The notes beneath the pieces were generated by a model. The model was not told the DNA's origin. It saw nothing but the letters and a program-made list of their open reading frames with translations, and did no database searches. This document shows positions 44,122 through 55,900 of a DNA stretch of 64,000 nt, in pieces. The stretch is from Candidatus Omnitrophota bacterium (GTDB taxonomy: Bacteria; Omnitrophota; Gorgyraeia; 1-14-0-20-64-10), in NCBI GenBank assembly GCA_016177405.1, contig JACOVG010000012.1, positions 5,385 through 69,384 of the forward strand, written 5' to 3'. The stretch's first letter is position 1; every line of letters begins with the position of its first letter. The position numbers and the translations under genes are program-made.

Positions 44122-45203
44122 TGGGCTGGCTGGCTTTCCTGGTCACCTTGAGCACCATCGTCCTTCTGCACGAGTGGGGCCATTTCATCATGGCCCGCAG
44201 GGTGGGCGTTAGGGTGGAGAGGTTTTCCCTGGGGTTTGGCCCGAAGATCCTGGGCGTCACCCGGGGCGGCACCGAGTATGTGGTGTGCCTGTTTCCGCTG
44301 GGCGGCTACGTGAAGATGGCCGGCGAGGCCATGGACCAGGGCCCGGCCCTTCATCCCTGGGAGTACCGGGCCCGCACCGTGGGAGAGCGGTTCTCGATCG
44401 TACTGGCCGGGCCCCTCATCAACTACGCCCTGGGCTTCCTCCTCTTCTTCGGCATTTATCTCGTCGGGGCGCCGATCCTTTCCGCGAGGATCGGCCAGGT
44501 CCTCCCCGATTATCCCGCCGCGCGAGCCGGCTTGAGGGACGGAGACCGGATTCTCGCGATCAACGGCAAGCCCATGGAAGGCTGGGAGGAAGTCACCCGG
44601 GCCATCCACGGCGAGCGGACCCGGTTGGTTTTGACGATTGAGCGGGACGGCGCCACCCTCACCCAGGCCGTTGAGCCGCGCCTTCAGGAGGCGACGAACA
44701 TCCTCGGGGTCAAGACGCGGATCGGAATGATCGGGATTGTCCCCTCCGAGGAGGTGATCACCCGGCGATACCCCCTGCCGCGGGCCTTGGTCAAAGCGGC
44801 CGACCGGGTCTGGGGCCTCACGTGGCTCACCCTCCAGGCCCTCTGGAGGATCGGCACCGGAGGACTCTCCCTCAAGGAATCGGTCACCGGCCCCATCGGC
44901 ATCTTCTACATCACCTCCTCGGCGGCGGCCCTGGGCTTTTTGTCTTTGCTTCAGCTGACGGCGGTTTTGAGCACCTCGATCGGCTTCTTCAACCTTCTGC
45001 CGATGCCGGTCCTGGACGGGGGGCACCTGGCCTTTCTCTTCATGGAGAAGATACGGGGCAGGCCGGTCAGCCTCCGGGCCCAGGAGGGGATGACGCGGGT
45101 GGGGTTCGGCCTGCTCCTTTTGCTCCTCGTCGTCGTGACCTACAACGATCTGGTGAAGTTCAAGCTGGTGGAGCGGATCTTTCCGTTTTTCGGTGGCAAC
45201 TAG
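44118..45203 (+). CDS. rseP: RIP metalloprotease RseP
   Basis: HEWGH, FSLGFGP, PLGGYVKM, AGPLIN, PDZ domain, NLLPMPVLDGGH. Confidence 0.95.
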   Translation: MMGWLAFLVTLSTIVLLHEWGHFIMARRVGVRVERFSLGFGPKILGVTRGGTEYVVCLFPLGGYVKMAGEAMDQGPALHPWEYRARTVGERFSIVLAGPLINYALGFLLFFGIYLVGAPILSARIGQVLPDYPAARAGLRDGDRILAINGKPMEGWEEVTRAIHGERTRLVLTIERDGATLTQAVEPRLQEATNILGVKTRIGMIGIVPSEEVITRRYPLPRALVKAADRVWGLTWLTLQALWRIGTGGLSLKESVTGPIGIFYITSSAAALGFLSLLQLTAVLSTSIGFFNLLPMPVLDGGHLAFLFMEKIRGRPVSLRAQEGMTRVGFGLLLLLLVVVTYNDLVKFKLVERIFPFFGGN

Positions 45204-46857
45204 GCGTAAGAGCCGCCCGGTGCGCGTGGGCGGCGTGACGGTAGGCGGCGACGCTCCCCTGGCCGTCCAGTCCATGACCACCACCAACACGCTCGAGGTC
45301 GAAGCGACGGCGCGGCAGACCGCCGCCCTGGCCGCCGCCGGATGCGACATCGTCCGGATCACCACCCAGACCTCGGCCGAGGCCAAGGCCCTGGGGGAGA
45401 TCAAGAAGGTTCTCCGGTCAAGCGGCTCCACCACCCCCCTGGCGGCCGACATCCACTTCAACCCCAAGGCGGCCCTCGCCGCCGCCGACCACGCCGAGAA
45501 GGTGCGGGTCAACCCCGGCAACTTCGCCGACTCCAAGCGTTTTGCCCAACGCGGCTACACCGACGCCGAATATCAGGAGGAGCTTTCCCGGATCGCCCAG
45601 ACCTTCACCCCGCTCGTCGAGAAATGCAAGGCCCTGGGCAGGGCCATCCGGATTGGGACCAACCACGGCTCTCTTTCCGACCGGATCATGAACCGCTTCG
45701 GCGACACGCCCCAGGGGATGGTGGAATCGGCCCTGGAGTATCTCCGGGCGGCCGAGTCCAAGGGTTTTCAGGAGATCATTTTCTCGATGAAGGCCTCCAA
45801 CCCGGTCGTCATGCTGCAGGCCAACCGCCTGCTGGTGGATGCCCTGAACCGGCACGGCACTCCCTATCCCCTGCACCTGGGCGTCACCGAGGCCGGGGAA
45901 GGGGAGGATGCCCGGCTGAAGTCGGCCTTAGGGATAGGCGTCCTCTTGGCCGAGGGGATCGGCGACACGATCCGGGTGTCACTCACCGAAGATCCGGTGA
46001 AGGAAGTGCCGGTGGCCCGGGCCCTGGCCGGCTGGGCCCAAGCCCGCTGGCAAGGGGGGAAGGCGGTACCACCCCCCTTGAGGCCTTTTCATTGGGAGCG
46101 CCACCCGGCCAGCCCGGCCCTCTACGAAACGATCGTCATCGGCGGCCAGGAACCGGTGAAGGTGGGCCTGATGGCCGGCGATTATCCGCATCCGCGCCAG
46201 GCCGGCGGCCGGGAAACTCCTTGTGAGTTTGTTTTGGGGACTGCCCCGGATTCCAAATTCCATATCCTGCAGGCGGAGGAGTTGCTGGCCGAAGGACGCA
46301 AGCTGGCCCGCCAACTGGAGCAAGCGGGGGACAGGCGTCCTATCGTCCTGGTCTGGGATGCCCGGCGCTTCAAACAGGATGACATCGGCTTCCTTATTGA
46401 GGCGGCGGTGCAGATGGGGGGCCTGCTCGTGGATGGGATCGGCGACGCGGTCGTGATCCGCTCAATCCTTCCGGCCCAGCGGGTCCTTCAGCTTGCCTAC
46501 AATCTCCTTCAGGCGGCCCGCCGGCGTTCCTTCAAGACCGAGTACATCGCCTGCCCGGGCTGCGGCCGGACCCTTTTTGATTTGGAGTCCACCACCCAGC
46601 GGATCAAGGCCAGAACCGGCCACCTGAAAGGGGTCAAAATCGCGGTGATGGGCTGTATTGTGAACGGCCCCGGCGAGATGGCCGACGCCGACTTCGGCTA
46701 CGTGGGAGGCTCCCCCGGCACCGTGAACCTTTACGTCGGCAAGGAGATGGTGGAGCGGGCGATCCCCACGGCCCAGGCCGAGGAGCGCCTCATCGCCCTC
46801 ATCCAACACCACGGCAAGTGGGTGGAGCCCGAGAAATCTCACACGTTAAGGTTATAG
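45193..46857 (+). CDS. ispG: (E)-4-hydroxy-3-methylbut-2-enyl-diphosphate synthase, long form
   Basis: VQSMT, ADIHF, RVNPGN, RIGTNHGSLSDR, HLGVTEAG, GDTIRVSLT, CPGCGRT, MGCIVNGPGE. Confidence 0.96.
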   Translation: MATRRKSRPVRVGGVTVGGDAPLAVQSMTTTNTLEVEATARQTAALAAAGCDIVRITTQTSAEAKALGEIKKVLRSSGSTTPLAADIHFNPKAALAAADHAEKVRVNPGNFADSKRFAQRGYTDAEYQEELSRIAQTFTPLVEKCKALGRAIRIGTNHGSLSDRIMNRFGDTPQGMVESALEYLRAAESKGFQEIIFSMKASNPVVMLQANRLLVDALNRHGTPYPLHLGVTEAGEGEDARLKSALGIGVLLAEGIGDTIRVSLTEDPVKEVPVARALAGWAQARWQGGKAVPPPLRPFHWERHPASPALYETIVIGGQEPVKVGLMAGDYPHPRQAGGRETPCEFVLGTAPDSKFHILQAEELLAEGRKLARQLEQAGDRRPIVLVWDARRFKQDDIGFLIEAAVQMGGLLVDGIGDAVVIRSILPAQRVLQLAYNLLQAARRRSFKTEYIACPGCGRTLFDLESTTQRIKARTGHLKGVKIAVMGCIVNGPGEMADADFGYVGGSPGTVNLYVGKEMVERAIPTAQAEERLIALIQHHGKWVEPEKSHTLRL

Positions 46858-46949
46858 ATAGTCAGTAATTTACCTTGTTTTTTTGCCCAGAATCAGCCAT
46901 ACTTTCTGTAAGCTCCGGTAAATCGTCCTAGAGCTGCCGCAGCAACCCT

Positions 46950-49900
46950 ATGAGAACTAACACGTTAGCCGGCCTTGTCCGCCGATTTTTCGCTCTTTGG
47001 CTAATTCTGGCCCTCGCCTGCCCAGCCCCTGCCTACAGCCTCCGCGAATCCCAGGAAGACACCACCCTCGACGAGCTCCCCCGCGCCCTCACCGGCTTGG
47101 AGGAGACTCCATTACCCCTGCCTGCGGCATCCGGCAATGGCGATGAGATTCTCCGAGAGATTGCCGAGGCCAGGCGGTTGGCCGAGGGAAACACCCTTGA
47201 TCAGAATGTAACCACGATAGCCAGCGTGGCAGTTGACGGTTCTGAAAAGAGCATCCGAATGAGCTGGCAGGATGGGACGTGGGAAGATCTTTTCGACTCC
47301 TTCTCGGTAGCCGTCAAGACCTATCCCTTGCTAAGGCCCCTTGTTCCGGGCCCGGAGACAGTAACCGAGCAAGTCAGGCAAAAGATAGAAGAGGCGAAGG
47401 GCCTGGAGATCCCCGTTTTTAAAGGAGACGTCGGAGAGTTTTTCCTTTCTGTCGGGTCCGCGGCGCGGCTAAAAGAAGAACTACTGGTTTTAGGCCGTAA
47501 GCCCCCAAGCCGGCAGGAACTTGATGAGCTTGCGAGCTCTTTGCGGGAGGTGCTTGAAGAACCGCGTTCAGGCCGGACGGCCCGCCAGCGTTTGGACGCC
47601 CTGCGCGCTCAAGCGGGCGAGAAAGAGCGGCGTTCCCTCGAAAAAGCCATCCAAGCGATGGATGAGATGGTCAGGGAGTTTCTTGCCGACAACGAGACCA
47701 TCTGGAAGGCCATCGCCGTCTTAGAAAAGGCGGTCGGCGGCGATTTAAGAAGAGTTCCTGGCGGAGTGGCTGGCGACCTTCTTCGCCCGCTCACCCAAAG
47801 GGCCGGCGATTGGTTTTTATCCGGCCTTCTGCTTCGGGCCCTGCTTCAGGACTCTCCGGGCGAGAAGACGCTGGAGATAGAAAAGATCAAAAAGCGCCTG
47901 GCTCTCATGGAAGAGGAAAAGCGGTCGGTCTTGCGCTACCGGCTTTCCCGCCGCGCCGACGCCCGGGCGCTCCGGGCGGTCTTTTACGATGCCTATCGGC
48001 TGGCATTGTCGGCTGCCCTCGAGGCCTTGACGGAAGAGCTTTCCCAGGCCGACCCTGCCGACGAAGGTAGAGCCGTCGATCTTGAGATAAGAATCTGGCT
48101 GATGGGGTTTGAGGCGCTTCATCTGGTGAAGGAAGAAGCCGCCACCCAGGCGGTTTGGAGCTCCGCCAGAGAGGCCAGGCCAAGCGCCGGCCCCGTTAAC
48201 AACATCCGAAGGATGACTCCCTCGGTCGGCGTTTTGTTCCTCCGCCCCGATGGCACCTTGAGACGGTTTGTCCCAGGCGGCGGCAGCTTCCACGCCCCGC
48301 ACATGGTCGGTTATTTCACGCCCACCCGGTTTGCCCAGTGGTATGAGCCGGGCGACCGGATCTACCTTCTGGCCAACACCTTGACCGGCGCGCTTGCCCT
48401 GGATCAGTTCCGTTCTTATCTGGAATCGGTGAACCATCTCCAGGCGGTCTTCCCCGATCTGCCGACACCCGGTTTGGGGATAGCCACGGAAGGAGGGATC
48501 ACCCTCTACCATCCCAGGGCCTCGGCAGGTGATCCGTCGGGCTGGGAGAGGATCTGCGAGCCCGTCGCTTCCGCCCTCTCCTGCTACATTGAATTCTTCG
48601 ACCAGATGCACAAGGCGATTCTTAACGACGACGATAAATGGCGAAGGAAACTTGCCAGGGGTCAGTTCGGGAATCGATGGCAGAGCGTGGTGCGCGACGC
48701 CTATCCCGAAAAGAAATATCCCGGCCTCCTGGCCCAGGTTGCGAAGGATGTGACCATCCAGTTTGGAAAGAGGATTAGCAACCTGCGCGACGTAAAAAGC
48801 GGCGAGCTGGTTTACGAGATTGGCTTTCTGGAGGGGCAGGTCAATCGGATTGTGGGAGAGCGGATCACGCAGGGCCTTCTGGGAGGTTTTTTCACCGAAG
48901 AGAAGGTGTCCGGCCTGACCGATCGGCCATTCCCCGCGCCGACACCCCCCGGCGCTCCTGCCTCTCCGGCTGTCCCCCCGGCGGAAACTGTTCAGGAATC
49001 TCCCTTTGCCGCCTCCGCGGACGAAAGAGAAGTTTTTCCTGCCGGTCTCCTTCAGGAAGCCCCGCCCCTTACGGATCCCGACCCCGTCCGCCGCTTACTG
49101 GATGAGATGACCGGCCTTGCCTTCGCCGGGGGATATCTCCCGGACATGGTGAGCACGGAGTACGAGGACTTGGAGAGAAGGCAAATCCGCCTTGTCATGG
49201 ATGCCGGAGCATCTCGGGCGTTGCCCTTCCTCTTGGTCAGTCTGGAGTTCCCGGAGACCAAACTCTCCCCCCTTGCGCCGGAGCCCCGCGTAGGCGGTCG
49301 GCCGGTTGAGCGCCTTATCGTGAAGCGGATACGCAAGGAAGAGGCCTCGAGGATCGTGGAGGGCATGCCTGGCGCGGCCGTCTTCAAGGAGGTTATTCCC
49401 AAGGTGCAGCGCCTTTTGGATGCCGATGCCCCTCCCAAGGAGATGGAGGGGCCTGTCAAAGAGCTTCTCCCGGCCCTCGTCAAGTTTCTTGAGCAAGGGG
49501 GTGGCGGCAGAGGGCCTATGGAGCAGGCGGCCCAACGGCTTGAAACCGACCCAGCTTTCCGGGAAGTGATGGAGTTTCTGAAAAGGCGTTTGGACGTCAT
49601 GATGGAGGGGGATCTGCTGAACGAAGAGCTTTGGAGGAAGCGTGGAAAACTGGAGGCCGGTTGGGCGCGAGAGAGGATCGCCGCGTTTCGGAGCCGGCTC
49701 TCCGATCCGCGCATTCAGGCATGCCTGGACTGCGATCTTGAGAAGCTCCCTCTCCAGGGAAAGGTTTCCTACGACTTGGTTGCCGCGCCGGTTGCCGACG
49801 CGGAGGGCGCCGCCAGGCAAGGAGAGCTGCTGGCCCTCATGGAGCGGACAGATCTCAAGGCCCTGCGCCAGAGCTATGTGGAGGCCCTGCGCCTGGCCTG

Positions 49901-52900
49901 CTGGAAGAAGGCCATGGAGCTCCAGAGAGATTTAGAGACCCGGGCCTTGGACTACCGCTTTCAAAGGGAGTCTCTCGTCACCGCCATGCTTGCCCTCACC
50001 CTGGAGACAGGGGCTGTTTTGTCTTCGCTCATGCAGAGTCAGGCCGGCGAGATCCGAGCGAACGAATCGGTCAAGCGGACGCGGCTTGCCACAGGAATCG
50101 GGGTTCTTCTTTTAAATCAGGACAACTCGCCGGCGCGATTTGTCCCAGGCGGCGGGGGAATGGATCTGGTTCACCTGATGGGGACGCACTACAACCGCCA
50201 CTCCATTAGGCCATGGCACGAGAAGGGTCAGAAGATTGTCCTCTGCCAGCTTTCCTTCACCGGCCCCCCCGGCATGGATCAGCTGGCGGCCTTTTTGGAC
50301 GACTGGTTCTATCTTCAAAGAGGTCTGGACGGAAATCCGGAGATCCTTCTCGGGGTGGCGGCGGCAGATGGGGCGATGCGGGTTTATCGGCCCTCCGGTC
50401 CCCGCTTGCCTGCCGAGGATCCGGTGGGGTGGGCCCGGGTTAGAGATCGGGTGGAAACGGTCTATGGGGATCACTACAACAGGTTTATCGACGCCTTCAA
50501 GAAGCTGGAAGGCAGTCCCGAAAAGGGACCGGACGCGGCCCTGTATCGGGAGGCAGGCCTTCACTTCCGCTCAAGACTGCTTGAAGCCCTTCAAGAGAGT
50601 CTGCCGAATCCGATGCCGGAGCAGATCATGGCCAAGATCGAGGATCGTTTTGGCCCGGATTTGGACGAGCTCGCTCAGGACCCGAGGCCCATGAGGGTTT
50701 CCTCTTTGCTGGCCAAGGTAAAGGCGGCTGTTTCAGAGTGCCTGGCGGCCCACCTGATGGAGTCCGACCTCTTCGTCCCGGTGCAGGTGCCTGGGGTCAC
50801 GGGGAGACACAAAGCGGCCGCTGGTGGGGCCCTGCCGGCCGTTGTCAGGGAAATCCTGGAAATGAGAGAAAAGGCGGAGGGCGGATTCTTGGGTCCCAAC
50901 GTCACGGCCGCTTCCGCCAGCAAACTTTCCTGGACCGAGGTGCGGCTCTGGATGAACTGGACCGGTTCCCCTGAATATCCGGGGGGCCCCGTCGTCCTTC
51001 CCTTTGGGTCGCCCGCCATGCGGCCCTTGGCTCCGGATCTTGAATTGCTGGAGCCCGAGGTTCGAGAGGCCATCTCGCGGGGGAAACGTTGGCAGGTGAG
51101 CCGTTTGGGGCGGGATGCCGGGCTCAAGGAGATGCGCGGCAATCCGGCCATTTCCGCGCTGGAGAAGCTCCTCCTGCCTTTTGAGAAGGGGGAGCTGGTT
51201 CAGGAGACAGAAGAGGATTCCAAGGCCGCCGTGAAAGCTGTTAAAGAGAGAGGCGAGTACGCCGCTTGGGAAAAGAGGTTGGCCAGAGATCGCAGCGCCC
51301 CGGAGAAGACAAAATTCAAACAGTGGCTTCGTGAGGAATCCTACAAAGAGCTTGAAAGGATCTTGAGGGAAAAAGAGAGAAAAATCAGGCAGAAACCGCC
51401 TCCCAAGCCGCGGGAGCTTCTCGCGGCCAGCCGGGCGGTTCTGGAATACGTCCCGAACAAGGGCCGGCCTGATTTCCGCGAACGCCCCGATCTGGCGCCG
51501 GCGATTTCCGAGGCCAAGATCCTCTTTGAGAAAATCCTTCGCCTGGCCCAGCGGATCATGCAGGCCAGGGTCTTGCTGGAGAGGGCCGCCCCATCGGGCA
51601 AGGTTCCGGCGGCGCCGGCCATATCCTGCTTGGAGCCGCTGATGGGCGATACGGAAGGCTGGCCCACCGTCTCGATTAAGATGAGACGCCAGCTGGAAAA
51701 TCTGAAGGCCCTTTCCCCCGAGAGCCGGGTGAATCTGGAGGAGATCCTGCAGATCGTTGAAGAGGCCAGGGAAGAGGCGATCACCTGGCACACCTTCTTA
51801 ACTTTCTCCAGGGTTCCCTGGGCTCCCCTGCGCCTGGTGTATTACGACGTCTACAGAAGCGTTCTTTTGGACGAGGTAAAACGGTTGGAGCTCCTCGCGC
51901 CTGAAACGAATGGGCAGGAACTGGAATGGCAAAGCCGCGCCGTCGCGCTGGAAATCATGCACGCGGAGCTGGAAGCGGCCTTCTCCTCCCTCCTGCAGAG
52001 GTGGGCCCGGCCGCCGGAAGAGAAGGAGAGCGATCAATTCACCCACCCGGTGGAGGGATCCGGCCTGCTTGTTCTGGATCAGGCCCTCCGGCCGGTCCGG
52101 TTCATCCCCGGCGGCGGGCAGTTTGTGGGGGTGACGATTCTGGCCCCCTATTACGATCCCATTCGGGTGAAGGAATGGACGGGCGAGGCCGGCCAGGCGG
52201 TCTATCTCTACAACACCGTCTCTGGCTGGCCGGCCGTCGAGTCCCTCGACTATTACTGCGCGGCCGCGCGTCTTTTCTCCGCCATGTATCCCGGGGCGGC
52301 CCTCCCCTGGTTCGGGGTGGCGGCCCCCTCCGGCGTCCGGGTGTACCGGCCCCGAGAGGATCTGGCCTCGCCATCCGGGTTAGGCCGCGCGTACGATCCG
52401 ATCGCCCGGGAGGAGGCCCGCTTTAAGCGGTTTACCATAGGCCTGGACATTCGGTTCCTTAGAATATCGAAAGAGGATATCCGCTTCCTGTTCCTGGCGC
52501 GAGGCCAGTTCCTGGGCGAGCTGGAAAAGGTCTTGAGGGACGTTTTTGACGAAGCAACCGTTCAGGAGATGATGCGAGAGGTTCGGGATCGTTTGGGCCA
52601 ATCCATCGAGGCGCTTGATCCCGACGAGAAGAATCTCGACGCGCTTGGGCTGGCGTTCGCGCGTCTGGTTGTTTCGGTCAGGCGCTTGATTGGGGAGCTG
52701 GCCGCTCCCCATCTGCTGGATGAGCTTTTCGAGGAGGTTCAGGTGGACTGGGAACACCCTGTCCAGCCGCTTGCGATTCCGCCGCCGGCACAGGCGCCGC
52801 CGGAGCAGGCGGTTGAGCGCGAACCCGAGACCACCGCCCCCGCCCCTCTTTTGCTGAAGCTGGACGACCAGGCAGCCGAAGCCGGCCCTCCTCCGCAACC

Positions 52901-55900
52901 GATGCCCGGGGAAGCAGGGGGCAAGCCAGCCAAGGGAAGCAAGGGGCCTCAAGGGGAGGATGTGAAACTGAAGGCGGCGGCCCGTGAGATCGCTTCAAAT
53001 CTGGCAGGTCTGGCAGATGCCGCGGGATTCCGAGGGCGCTGGGTTGAGAGACTGCTGGCCGAGAAAGTTCGCGAGAGACTCAAGGGCAACAACTCCTGGC
53101 AGCCCACCAATGGCATAGAGCCATTCCGGCAGGTATTGGTGCAGGGCCGCGAGAAGCACCACAGGCAGGGGGTTGAGTTGGCCGGGGCGATCGGCAAATG
53201 CAAGACGTCGGAAGAACTGGAACGGCTGAAGGGCCAAGTGGACGGCCTTGGGGACGATGAGGTTGACAAGCTTTATGAAGATAAGAAGCGGAATATAGTC
53301 CACCAGGGCTTGGCCGAGCAGGCGGTAGGAGACCCTGTCTTTCAAGCCTGGTGGCCGCCCAACAGGATTCAGGCGGAAGCTCTTGGTCTTCTTAAGAAAA
53401 ATCCAGGGTGGACTTACGAGGATCTGAAATCGAAACTGCAGAAGATCCGGAAGAGTTGGGAGGAAGAGGCCCGTCAGCGGGAGGAGGCCCGGATGTTAGC
53501 CGCGTCAGAAAGGATTCTTGAGGCGGCAGGGAAAGAGCCCTCTCTTCAGGGACTCGCGCAGGAGAGGCTGGGCGCCCTCGCGGCGGCTTTTCTTAAGGAG
53601 AAACCCAAAGGAACTCCTGCCGACTTTGTTGCGCAGCTTAGGGAGATGATGTCCCAAGAGGGACAGAAGAAGAGAGGGGAGCTCAAGCGGCTCTGCCTTG
53701 GAAAGACGCAAGAAGCAGGGGTCTCTCTGGACTGGATCTTTCCCAGCAATCTCCTGGAGTTGGAGGCGGACGTCTATCTCGACAAAGATTCCTCGCCTAG
53801 CCCGGAGGGTTTTATCGCCCACCTAAAAGAGCTGGCGAAGCAAAGACGTTGGAAGGAACTGCGTGAAATAGGGATTCAAGCAAATGCCAGTGAGCAGTTT
53901 GGCCTTTCGTTCGTACAGATTGAAGAGGAAGCAAGAGGCCACGTCTCTGCAGCACCCTTCACCGACTGGGACCAGGATCAGGGGGCTTTCGTCGAACGCC
54001 TGCGTGAGCGGGCCGCCCAGCTTGGGGAAGAACTAAGAAGAGACCTTATCCGGCGGGTGAGCCAGGCGGTAAGAAGCGCCCTGAACCCTGACTACTGGGG
54101 ATTCGAAGAGGGCTGGCTTGAGGCCCAGGCGGAAAGCTGGCTTACCGCGGTGCCATTATCGTTTGACCCCGACCAGCCGGAGGCCTTCCTCCGCCAGGTG
54201 AAGCTCGAGCGCCTCATTCGGGAGGCCCAGACAGCCCAGGAGCTTACGGAGTTTTCCATTCCTCCCGATGTCGTCCGGCAGGAGGCGGAAAGGCTTCTCG
54301 CTGAACAGGGGATAGAGGAGATAAAGAGAACACCCATCTGGTTCGTTGATCGGCTCTACAAGATTTACGACGCCAAGAAGAGAGAGGAGGAAGCCAAGAA
54401 GAAGGGGTGGGCCGGCCGCGTAGGGAAGGCGACCAGTTCCAAGGAGCTGGCGGAACTTCTGTCACAGCCCGACTTTCCGGAAGAGCTGCGGCCCGTCGCG
54501 GAAAACCGACAACAGCTCTTTCTCCTGGTGGAAACGGCGAGAGAGAGCGCCCTGCTGCGGCAGGCCGGTTTTTCTGACGACGAGCTGATTCAGGAGGCAG
54601 CCCAATTGTTGTCTGGTGGAGAGCCGGTCACGCCGGCCGGTTTTGTAAAGCGCCTTCATAAGATCTGGCGAGAAAGGGAGGCGCTCAAAAGAGCCGAGCG
54701 CATCGAACAACTTCTGGCGGCGGCAAAGGCTGACCCTCCCGAGGGGGGCTGGATCTTCAATGGAGCAGAGCTTCTTGAGCGGGCCACCGGCTTTCTTGAG
54801 TTCTCCGGCGCGCGGGAACCGGTGCCGGCCGACTTCGTGGCCCAACTCAAACAGGAGCAGGCCAGGAAGAAGCTTGAGGCGGAGGAAAAACGGGTGAGAA
54901 CCCTGGTGGAAGCGGCTCAAGCCGCCTCGGACCGCTCCCAGTGGCCTTTTTCAGATGCCGAGCTTGAGGCCATGGTCAGGGTCTTTCCCGGGAATGATCC
55001 CGCGGCTTTTCTAGCCCACCTTCGAAGGAAGATTGAAGAGGAGAGGGTGAGAAAAGAAGAGCAGAAGCGTAGGGAGGAGCAGGCGCGCCTGCAGGGATTT
55101 CTGGAGGGCTTCAACCATATCAATACCGAGAGAGGATGGGGGGTATCGCCAGAGCGCGCGCTGGCCGCCGCCCAATCCCTCCTTCGGGAAAGCCCATCTG
55201 CCACCGTTGATCAGATGGTCGAGCTTCTTGAGCCCGCCAGCCCGGAGCAAGTCCGGCAGGCGCTCTCGGCTTGGAACCAGGCAGCCGATGAAAGGGTGGA
55301 TTTCGGAAACCAAGAAGGCGCTTTCACGATCAGCGCCACAGAGCTCTTGGATCCAAACCTCTGGTATTTGACTTCTCATGCCAGCGTAGGGGTGGAAAGG
55401 ATCGAGCGGACCCTGGAGGCGGCCCGATCAAATCCGGACCCCGAGAAAGGGGTGAAGCGGCTGGCGAGCGTAGAGACCTTCCTCGAAGAATTCGGGCAGG
55501 CCATCAACGACCTCCCGCTGGAGCGGGGGAGGAAATTGGATGGTCTGACCCCCTACAGCGTTTTTAGGGAGCGCTTTATGACGGGCAGCGATACTCCGGC
55601 AACTCGAATGGAAGCAGTCAGGCAGTACTTGGACGTTCTGAAGAATCGGATCCGCACGATAAAACAGACAGCCCTCTTGAGGCGGCTCAAGGAGTATTTG
55701 ACTGGCCGGTGGAGCATCGAAGAGGACAGGGAAGAACCCACCGCGTCGCTCATTTCTCCGGACGCGTTGATTCCATTGTTGGTCGAAGATGTGAACAAGG
55801 GCTGGACCTCTTTGCGGGCGGCGAAACTCCTTGAGGCGGGCAAGACGTTCATCGGGGCCCATCCATGGTATCCGTCGGGTCTGCTGGCCATGAACGTCCA

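Noticed and set aside
46846-46875. AT-rich imperfect palindrome upstream of the 3274-aa gene as a dif-like or recombination site
   Set aside because: Symmetry is weak and there is no clear match to XerC/XerD arms or to the region upstream of 21518.
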